From: Yuukianura sp. NJ FZ-2021
Taxonomy: Eukaryota
Length of the DNA: 64,000 nt
Assembly (NCBI GenBank): GCA_046563655.1
Contig: CM102283.1
Coordinates: 4,836,001-4,900,000, forward strand
Reading direction: 5' to 3'
Position numbers and translations under genes: made by a program. The notes under the pieces are model-generated. The model saw nothing but the letters and a program-made list of their open reading frames with translations, was not told the DNA's origin and ran no database searches. This document shows positions 39,347 to 50,144 of this stretch, one piece after another (within the stretch, counting starts at the first letter, position 1; each line of letters starts with the position of its first letter).

Positions 39347-42300
39347 ATGTCATTTGTGTCTGGTGACCGAAGGGGAGCTCCTTGCCCCGCCGTCGCTACA
39401 ACTTCCAGCTCCGCCTCCAGCTCCACTCCCATCAATGGACTCGAATCCACCGTCTCCACTAGATCCACCGCTACTGGGCCAGAAGTCAGGTCAGGTCACA
39501 GGAAAAAACAAAAACCGAGAAAACGACATGCAGATCCAGACAAACCCAAGAAGACACACGCCCTATCGTCAGCACACTCAACATCTCTTATGTCGTTCCC
39601 CCAGGCACTCAAGTTGTCCATGCTCAACAGTGGATTAATCTCAATAAGTAAAGTGTTTTTGTTAAATTATGCCGAAATTCAACTTTTCTTGTTCAAAATT
39701 TTGGAATTTGAAAAAATGAATGGTGGTTGTCGTTTGTTTTGTGGTGTGAATTGCAGAAGATGAGGATGAGAAGGTGCTATCGTCGCTTCCCAAGGGCCCC
39801 GTGGACAAAGAGACTTTCCTCAAGGTCTGTGATGAACGCAGGAAGTTTCCCATACTGTACAGGGCAGAATTTCAGGTAAATTCCATAAACACCATCCGAA
39901 AACTACTATTTTTTTTTGCAAACAAGGCTTTGGCACATCCCAAATCCCATCCAGCTTCTGCACTCTTCTATTTTTGGTTTTTGCACAAGGCCACTCCACA
40001 TAAAAACCAAGCAACCAAGCTTTTACTTTTGTCTTCGGAATTTTCAGAACTTTCCTCAATTTCAAATTAATTTGCGTTATGATTTAAATCAGCCAAACGA
40101 TTTTTGAAAATTTGAGTGACGAGAAGTTGTCAATTTTTGGAACCTTTAATACAATTTGCGGAAGCTTCTAGAAAAATTTGGGTTGTTGATTGTTGGCTTT
40201 GAAAGGACTCAAGGTCAAGGTCATGACCTCGACCGCATGCCAAGAATTTTTTTAAATGTAGTGCGTTTCCCTCTGCTTCATTCAGCTACAATGATTCGAC
40301 CTTGAGAAATTCATAAAAATTTATTCGAAAAAGAATGTAAAAAAAAACTTTTGTTTTTAGATTGCGTCCAAGAGCGAATCTTCCTTCTCTTGTCGTCATG
40401 CTCTCAAGCCCTCCAACAAGGACAAGAACCAGAACTTCAAAGCCATTCCATGTACGTAAAACTCCGTTCAAGTGATAGCAAGAAGCTTGTAACGGTTTTT
40501 ATAAGTGTAATGTTTTAAGAAGCATTACAACCAGACGCTACATTCCGCGCTGTCTGTCTCATTTCAAACGTTGCTAATTCATAGAATGGAAAACGAACTA
40601 CAAATGATTGGATTTTAATTTTTAATTTGTGCAGATGACTACAATCGAGTGGTACTGGACTGTGACGGGGACAATACAGAGGACTACATCAACGCTTCAT
40701 ATGTCGATGTAATCAAAATATCTTTTTGAAGTGGTGTTTGGAGGGAGTAACTAGTTATCTCTAATATTTAGTAACCTAACTCTGCTCGGCTAGAGTAAAC
40801 CTAAGCTGCCTCTGTCGTAACCGCAATGTAAAGCGCGATTGTTTGTATCGACTAAGTGTGTTTACACTGCAAAAGTTAAACTCAAGCATATAAAAATTAG
40901 AACTTATATAAAACTTGTAACTATATCGAGTTGTAACATGGAAAATGACTTTCAAATTTGAGTTAGTAACCACCCAATGGTTACAATTTCAAGTGTATGA
41001 TTAGCAGCCTGTCTTCGCTGTGTGGTTACAACTGGTGCAGTTTTAGTTTACTCCACCCAAATATGATTGAGCTTGAAATTACGAAAAAATATTATAAAAG
41101 ATTACCTAATTATAGCCTATCAAAAGAAATGTTTTTCTGCAGAGTCTCCTTGAGCCGAACGCTTACATCGTGTCACAGGGTCCAATGGAAAATACGCTCA
41201 ACGACTTCTGGCGCCTCATTTGGCAAAGAGAGGTCACTTGCATTATAATGCTCACCAAGACATTCGACTTCATCAAGGTTATGTGCGTCCAGTACTGGCC
41301 AGAACCCGGCCAAGCCGCAACCTACGGCTCCATCCACGTAGAGGTCATGCAGGAGGTCAAGTTGGCCAGCTTCTACATTCGCACTTTTCGAATCAGGGAG
41401 AGGAAGGGAGGAGGAGTAAGTAATTTAGTTATAAGACCATTGACCTTTGTATTGACCTTTGACCTCTGTTTTTAGGAAAGTGACGAACGGTGGTTAGTTC
41501 AGTTTCACTACGTCGAGTGGCCCAGTCACTCTTGCCCTTTCCCAACAGCATTACTTGACTTCCGGCGTCGTGTGAGGCAGATTCTGCTTGAAAAGGAAGA
41601 AATCGGCAGAGGTCAAGTTCTCGTTCATTGCAAGTGAGTCGTACTGTTTGGATTTTCAATATAAAACATGGTGCATGAGGCGAAAAAAAATCAAATTTTC
41701 GAAATTCAAAAACGCCGCGCAATGAGATGAAAATTTTTGTTGAACCTGCTGCCTTTAGTGATGGCGGAGGGCGTTCTGGAGTGTACTGTCAGGTTGATGC
41801 CAACTTGGAACTGCTGGATGAGGATGGGATGGTGGATGTGTTTGGTTACTTGAAGAAGCAACGTAGCATGCGCAAAGGGCTTGTGAGCGACGTAGATCAA
41901 ATCAAGTTCGTTTACGACGTATTGGAGGAGTACGTAATTTGTCGCAAGACTTGGTTCCCGGTCGCAGAATTGTCACAGAGGCTCAAGCACAAGTCCACCA
42001 AAGACCCACAAACCAAGATCAACGAGTATCAGAGGGAGTTTTTAGTAAGCGAGAGAAAAGCAAGCGAAATGACGCAAATGACGCTTCTCATACATACATG
42101 CAACTTTTACTTTTTCAGCTAATCTGCAAACAAACACCAAGATTCACAATTGGGGATTGCGCAGGAGGTCATCGGGCGGACAACCGAGACAAGAACAGAG
42201 ACGTACTTGTCATTCCACGTAACAAACAAACTAAATAATATAAATAATAAAAATAAAATATTTATATTAATAATCTTATATATTGAACTTATTATTTCAG

Positions 42301-43545
42301 CTGACAACTTTCGACCGTACTTGACGTCTTTCCAAGGGAACACATTCACTGACTACATCAATGCTGTCTTTGTAGATGTAAGACATTTCATACTTCAACA
42401 ATCAATCATAAAAATTCCTTTTAACGCAATTTATAGCACCGAAAAATTGCGGTGAAATTCAAGTTTTCTTAATAATTTTTTGAATAGGGCTACCGCCAGT
42501 CGAGGGGCTACATCGTCACAGAGTGGCCTTTGGTCGAAACTTGCTCATACCTTTGGTCGCTCGTTTACGACTACGATGCAGCGGCCATTGTTGTTCTCAG
42601 TAACCCTGCTCCATCAACCGTAACCAATTTCATTTTTTTAATTATATAAATAATTTGAGTAATTTATTGATAAAAAATATTTTATGCAAAATGTATAGCA
42701 CTACCCTCAGTTCTGGCCAGATTCAAACAGAAGTAAGAAGTATGGACCAGTATTTACAATTGACCACCTCTCCCACGACTTTTATCCAAACATCAAGTCT
42801 TGGCTCTTTCGTATCAACAAGAAGGTAAAAAGAATCTGCTTACTCAAAACGCGGGAAAATGAAAGGCGTTGATTTTGTTCGACGATTTTAACTTTTAATT
42901 TGTTACAGATTGTCTCACTGACGGAATTGATGGCGGGAGTGAAGGCGGAGCCAAAGACGTGTAAGTTGTTTCAGTTGACATGTTGGCCAATGGAGCACAA
43001 AGTCCCCACATCCACCAATTCCCTGGTGGAGCTCATGAACATGGTGGAGAGATGGCGTCAGAAGAGAGCAGACAGTGGACCAATCGTCGTCGTTTCTCCG
43101 TAATCCAACCAATCACAACATTTAGTCATAGTTCGATAATTTAAAATACTTTTTTAAAAATACTTTTCCTTACGTAGTGATGGACGCAGTCGTGCAGGCG
43201 TTTACTGTGGTGCCAATGCTTGTATCGAGCAGGTCATCCAATACGGCGAAGTAGATGTATTCACTGCAGTCAAAACAGTCAGGAGACATCGACCGCAGCT
43301 CATCGACAACATGGTGAGGAAACCCAACCAGACTCGTTTTATATTAATACCTATTAATATAAATATATTTTATATTAATTATAAAATATAATGTAATGAT
43401 ATAATTATTATATCATTATTCAAATCACAATGCTTAGACGGAGTACAAGTACTGCTACGATGTCGTACTCCACTACGTACTGCATTACCTCAACAAAGAA
43501 ATCGAACCAAAACCATCCGAATCAGCTACGTACACCCAAGCGTAA
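39347..43545 (+). CDS. Non-membrane tandem-domain protein tyrosine phosphatase (Ptp36E-like), multi-exon
   Basis: D1: DYINASYV, YIVSQGP, FWRLIWQ, CVQYWP, VHCNDGGGRSG. D2: DYINAVFVD, VVSPDGRSRAG. No signal peptide or TM segment seen. Confidence 0.9.
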
Positions 43546-43892
43546 CCCAAATTGTCTCACAATTCCCCGAATTCCAATTAAGCGCCCAAACAAACAAAAG
43601 ACAACTTGCCTCCAGGTACGTCAGGATTTATTGAATTGGAACTTCATTTGTTTTAATTGAATAATTTACTAACATTTCTACCTCCAGAACCTGCCTTGCA
43701 TGACGTGTCATTTCCTTATTGTTTGAATATAGCAATTGATTTTAAAAGAAATGAGACGTGCATGCAGGGAATGGGCTGGACAAGGCATTTGATATGCACC
43801 TTACGTTGATGAAGTGTGGCAAATTTAGGAATATTGACATTTTTCACATGTTTCGTTTCAGGTCCCGATTGGCCCAGTGTGTCCCTGCGACC

Positions 43893-46800
43893 TTAAGTTA
43901 CTTCGAGTGCCTTCATTTTGCGCATGCTCTTCCCAGGTCCCTCAGCAGGCAGCGTCAACGCCTCCAGACGCAATGGTCTTCGAAAGGAACTCAACTGGGG
44001 CGACGTGAGAAAGCTATGTCCACTGTTTAGCCCTGCAAGAACTCTCATGTATTACATGCACTATCGTTGGCAATGGAGATAAAACAGACTCACCAAACGT
44101 CTGAACTGGCGACGACGCAGCCGCACCCCACGAATGGGCAGACTCGGGTGACTGAGATGTCACATGAGATTTGGAGATGACGTTGAAGTGATTGTTCCAG
44201 TTGGCCATGATCCCATTCGGCGTCTTTGGTTTTCCATCGGCAACTACTGCTGCGTTAGTGAGGGAGAGATGCAGTTAGGTTGAGTAAATTATGTTAAGGT
44301 TAAGTGGGCCTAACCAAGTCTAAACCTAACTTATTAGGTTATGGTTTTTAGGAGTTAGGTTTATACTTGTCCATAATTGTGTGCCGGTACCATTCCATTT
44401 GTTGAGGATGACGCGAGATGCATCTTCTTGTGCCTTCATCAAAAGTTCTGTGGCTCTTTTGGGCTTGAAGTAGTTTTCAGTAAACACTTCTGGATGGTTT
44501 GTTTCAAACTTCTGCAAAACAGTTTGTTACAAATTAGTTCAATTTATTATATTATAACTAATGTATTCAATTAAAATAAATTGTTATGAACAATTATGAT
44601 GAATACAAATACCTTGGAAAGAACACTTCTCTGGTTGTCGCCGTCTTCCTCCATCGCTTCGTCGTCTTGAAGGCGTCCTGGGGCAGTGCGAGACGACGCA
44701 CGCGTAGTACGTGTTTGGGCACCGCTTCCTGCCGGCGGCAGTTTGGTTTTGGAGCAGATGAGGTCAGGGATTTTCCACTTGAGCGTCTCCTCACTCCAGA
44801 CAGCCTCACTCTTCACTTTGTCCAAATTTCTAACAAACGCCATATTTTCAAAATTTTGAAAAATGATTTTTTTAAACTGATTTTGAAAAGCGAGAGTTTA
44901 CGAGTAGTTGGAGTCTCTTCGGATTGTTGGTTGGATTTTCTCTAGAATTGCTTGTAGCAGCTTGAGCTGTTGGTCTTGCTTCCGTATCGTTTCTAAGTAG
45001 TCGGCTCGATCATTCTGGAACTCGGCGTACAAGTCATGTACTTCACAGTTAAGAGCACGGATCTGTCAATTACAATTATTAATAGCAATTAATATTATGA
45101 AAAAGTAAAATATTTAAATCTGTCCTACTTTCTGTTTGAACTTTTTGACCGCCTCCGTTTTGACACGTAATTCTTCCTGAACAGAGTCGTAGGCTTTGAG
45201 CAGAATCTGATTTTCTTCGTCGTCGCTGCGACAAGAATCTGCAGCCACGCGTGAGCGTTTTTCCGCTGCACGACGCTTTTTCTGCCGTTTCTCCTTCAGT
45301 TCAGTATCATGCGCACGTTCGCCACCTACCATATTCTCTTCGATCTCATGCAACCTACAAGGATTGAAAAAAATATATCAAATAAAAATAAATGATATAA
45401 CAATAATAAATTAAATAAAATTATTTCTATGTGACCTTGCGAGCGTTTCCTGCTGGAGGGGGCTGAGGGGGTTATTGAGTCCGTCTTGCTTTGCTTCCAT
45501 GGCAACTCTCTCCATGTCCTTTTCATAGCGCCGACGCAGTTCTTCCACATCGGCCTGAAGACGCTGACAACTCTCCTGCTCAGCAGCATAGTTGACACGC
45601 AGACGCACAACTTCCGCCTCGTACTCTGCACGGATCTTGGCCTTTTCTTCCTCCATATCCAAGATGGAGTGGCGTCGAGAGATCGGGGCGTGGCCAGGGT
45701 CCGGTGCCAATGCTTTCTGCGACTCGAGCAGAGTGCGCAGTTGCTGGATTTCTGCCTGGTACTCAAGGAGCAGAGCGTCCTTTGGATCCTGGTTGATCGT
45801 CGGTTTGTTCTTGATGTTCTTGGCTCGATTGGCGTAACGCAGCGTACTCAACGTTTCGTCGTAGTTGTTATCTGAAGGACTGACGCAGGCAACCATAAGC
45901 GTTTTTGTATTTCCCCCCAGCGAGTCCTAAAACCACAACGCTTGACTTCAAATAAACATCAAGCGAAGTCTGCGTATGATTCGCTGTGTCAAACCTGTAG
46001 GAGTCGTGTTAATTTTGAGTCCCTGTATGGAATGTGCTTGGATTTTCCGTCTACGAGTGCTGAGATGACGTTACCCAAGGCGGAGAGCGATAGGTTGATC
46101 TTCGTGGCTTCCTTGAGACGGTCTCCAGTGGCACCTACAAGGTCAGGTCAAATATAAGATAAACGTCAAATTCAGGGGTCATGTGATATGCATACCAGTT
46201 TTGGCTTGTCGCTCTGACCCAGCGAGGTCCACCAGATTGAGCTTGCCCTTACGAATATGTTCGTCACCCGTCATCATCTCCACGTTAATTGTGAAAATTG
46301 AGTGGGAGCGAGAACTATCGGCGTTCATCAATGTAGCACCCACCGACCGATTCTTCCACCCACGTTCAACCAATTCCTCACACTCGGCAACATTGTGTAC
46401 AGCATGCTGTGACAAATCTAAAAAAAATTGAATCAAAATCAATTCATTTTCATCAATACGAAAAAGTTCCATTTTTGGTTCAGATTGTCAATTCGCGTTC
46501 TATGCTTTAAAAATACAAGGAGTAAAAGTTTTCTCCCAAACTTACTTTTATTACTTTCTCTTTTTTGTTAAAGTTTGAGCAATTTCTGCAGGAATGTTTT
46601 GATATAAAGGAATAGCATTGATGGGGAAGGGGGAGCATTGTTTGTTTTGTGGTGGCTTGCGTGAGTGTTATTTATGCTTCAGTGACAAGGTTTGCTTAGA
46701 GGGAAGAATGTTGCAAGAATGGAGGGATACGGGAGTGAGCGATGGATATGAAATATTTAGTTTCTTCGATTGACAGTTTTTGAAGGTGAGTGAAGTGGTT

Positions 46801-48366
46801 TTGAAGGTCAAGTCAATCATAAGCTTCTTAAAAGCGTCACGAGGAGAGGCGACGCAACAGCCTGGACAATGGACAAAACTGACTCATCATTCTTTTCAAA
46901 TTTCATTTCCAGAACTTTCCAAAAATTTTACGAAAATTGCTTCGAAAGTGACCTTCAAACCGCACGCTTTGCATGAAATCTTATATTAACTGAACTTTTC
47001 CAAGCGAAGTTCGCCTAAATCTAAAAACTAATTCTAACTTTAACCTAATTAAACTTAAATTGTTTACCTGCGACATAGACTCCGTTGTCTGGATGTTCCT
47101 TGAGATCTAGTTTTCGTTTGATGTCTGTTCCCAAAAGATCTCTGATTTCCTCATTGTAGATTTCGAGGTAGGAGGCATGGACGAGGAACTTGATGTCGTC
47201 TGAGCTGTCAATGCCCTCGAATAGTTGTTCAAATGCCCTTGGAATGATTCCCTTCTGCTGTACCGGTGTGGGAATGCCCTGCATAGTAAACGACTTCCCG
47301 CAGCCTGTTTGGCCATAACAGAAGATGGTCGCATTGTAACCTTCCAGCACGCCCTAACGGCATGTCAAAATCCAAACAAAACTGTTTTACTAAGTCATTA
47401 GGAATTCAACTTAAGTAACTGCGCCGGAAGTCCTTATGAGAAAAGCGTTTGCTCCGTGTTTTTTACAGCAAAAAAAAAAGAGAAAAACGTTGGTAGTAAA
47501 CCGTTTCTTTTCGGTTTCCATTGCAGCGGAGAAATACACGCAAAACGTGTTTTAAAAAGCTGTAAACCTCAAGACTATTTGGATTGTTAAATCGAAAGAC
47601 CTTGAGTTACCTCTACTAAGGGGTAAGTGATTTCGTTGTAGAGTGCTTCTGTAGTGGAATCTGTGAAGTAGACTCCGTCGAAACTGAACGTTTTGGGCGG
47701 GGCTGTTGGATCCTGTGGGTTCTGCAATGCACAGGAGCAATGACTCCCATCCATCGACACAATGCACTGAAATATGAATGAAAAGCATTAGTGCGACTTC
47801 CTGGAACTTAATGGCTAAAGTTAGCCACGTAATTACAACCTAAAAGCTCAACGAATTTAGTTTTGGATGAGTGTGGCTGGAGGGTGAATGACTCTACAGA
47901 CGCTGACCTTTGGCCCACTACCTTCCTTCTGTTTTCCAATTAACACTTGACTCATTTCTGGCTTTTTCCAAATAACACCTCTTATCCCACTCATCAAAAT
48001 TCGATTTCATATTTTTTTTCATTTTCTCCATAATTCCCTACAATGGAGCATCAAATTACAGTTGAATAGGTCATTCACAGGAGGAAATCGAAACCAAAAG
48101 TCAACGAATCCTTCTTCTCTTGTCTTTCTTTTCACAACTTTTCACAATTTCAATGCAGAAATTCAAATACTTTCACCACTTTCCCCTAAAAAAACTTTCA
48201 TTTGCATATGTTACACTTTTGTCAATGTATGAACAAAAAAAGATTCGACGACAGTTCCAATAACGTTCAACATTTCCCCCCACGATAGGCTTACCTTGGA
48301 GTTGAGAGCCGTTTCGCGTCCATTCATAGGGCGACATCGCACAACCACTTTCACGGATTCACTCAT
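43893..48366 (-). CDS. KIF17: Homodimeric kinesin-2 (KIF17/OSM-3-like), multi-exon
   Basis: [49 protein letters not shown], a coiled-coil stalk, and a tail RRPLRLE similar to the KIF17 C-terminus. Confidence 0.9.
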
Positions 48367-49388
48367 TTTGTATTTTGTAGACAGTTTTTGACTCCTCGTA
48401 ACCTTTAATAGCACTTTACTTCTTCAGACTGAATTATAGTTGGATCCAATGCCAGAGTCATCCTCTGAATCACAAATGCTGGGCCTACTTCAACTCTGTT
48501 TAACTTTGAGCGGAAATGTTTAAAAAATGAAGACGCGTCGTTGTCGTCTTAGGGTGTCTTGCGACGTGTGACTGGATAAGTGGGATGAAGGTTCTTACGT
48601 GAAATAGGCCAATGGCAGATCAATATCAGCAAACAAACACAGGACACTTGACGTGAGACAAATTGCCAATTCCACTTAAGACCCTCATCTACTCACGGCT
48701 TGGAGTGGTGCAATATTCCACACGACATCACGAACTACCAGCGTCCTCCACACCACAAACGCTACTGCTAACTTTCACCTTCTTTCTCCCCAGCTCCACT
48801 CTAAAGTCTACACGAATCCAACCAAACTCACCCTGTTTCAGAAACATGGGCACAGACTTGAATTGTCTTTTACTTTACAGTTGTCCGAACTTCGTCAAAC
48901 TTCAAACTTAATAAAAATGTATGCCCGCAAAATGTACTGTTTGAAAGTACTGTAAAAAAACATCGAACAAAAATCACCGGAGTGTCTGATCCGATGACTC
49001 TACAAAATTGCAATCGGTACTCCTGGCTTTCTTATTCCGGATAAAGAAATCCGAGGCACAGACGACGGTTGTGAGTGTGTGACCGTCAAAACTTTCAAAA
49101 GTTACCGAGGCATGTTTTTCTAGAGACATCTTTCCATGCTTGTAGTGGGAACGCTGCATTACAGCCATAAAATTGGTTTTATTATTTGACAGACTTGTTT
49201 GATTTTTATTTTTGAAATTCAAAAGAAAGAACCGTAAATTTTTATTTATAGCATAAAATATTTAACAGGAAAAACTTAACATGCTTTGGTTCCGAATCGA
49301 ATTTGAGAGTCCACTTAATTTTTTAAATAATTGTTTAAATCTTTTACTTTCTATACGTATTACCTAATTTTTTTTTCAGTTTTTCACC

Positions 49389-50100
49389 TTAACCAGCATA
49401 GCAGATTAGCTTGTGTTTCAAAATTTTCCAGTCGTTTTGTTCGCACGTCTTGTCACAGTAGCTTGCTCGTTTGCATCTTGCGCAACGTTTGGTAGCGTTG
49501 TCTGCACCACAGAAGCGGCATCTTGTTTTGACTCCTCCAGGACTATGCATGACCAGCGCAGAAGCATCGTCCACTCGAATGCCACATTTTCCGTCATAAG
49601 CCAACCGCATGTATGCATTTAGGATACTGAATTTTGCTCTAAATCCGAATTTTTCTAGTACAAGCTTTGGGTCCTAGTCTGGAAAGTTGTAAATAAACGC
49701 TCGCATCCCATGTCCATATTGTCATCTTCCAGACAGAGGAAAGTCGACGAAAGAACTGCGTGACTTAAAGCATCTTCAATACTAGTTACTTGAAGAAGTA
49801 GACTTTGTCTTCTAAGGGGTCCATTCGGCTGAAGGTGATCTGGTTGAAACCACTCCGTCGTAAAGGCGCATTGGGTGCACTGTATGGCGGCATGGTGTAC
49901 TCAACGACCACTTTATCTCTCCAGTGTGCCAAATCGCAGCGATGAATTATGATTCGACACACGTAATTAATATCCGTCAATTTCTCATAGGATCGTTTAC
50001 TGGGTTGTTAGTATTTTTGGATTGGATTGAGTTTATTGACTAATTGGGACCATGGACTTGACGTCCATGGAGCCGTAAATAATAACGTATTACAATTTTC
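49389..50100 (-). pseudogene. Disrupted 3' part of the HEPN-TPR-Sel1 gene, ending in a MYND zinc finger
   Basis: CRFCG...KRCARCKRASYCDKTCEQNDWKILKHKLIC is a MYND finger. Upstream there is an in-frame TAG at 49674-49676 and two apparent frameshifts (~49720, ~49795). Confidence 0.75.
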
Positions 50101-50144
50101 TAAGTCTAAAATCCCAATGGAGAGGAGAGAATGTTGAATCTAAT

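Noticed and set aside
39900-40030. Possible alternative PTP exon (..TPHKNQATK..) echoing the KNQN exon
   Set aside because: No convincing donor site and the similarity is too weak.
40739-41060. Degenerate inverted ends (ttggagggagtaacta / tagtttactccacccaa) in a PTP intron
   Set aside because: Probably an old MITE, but the TIRs are short and mismatched and there is no TSD.
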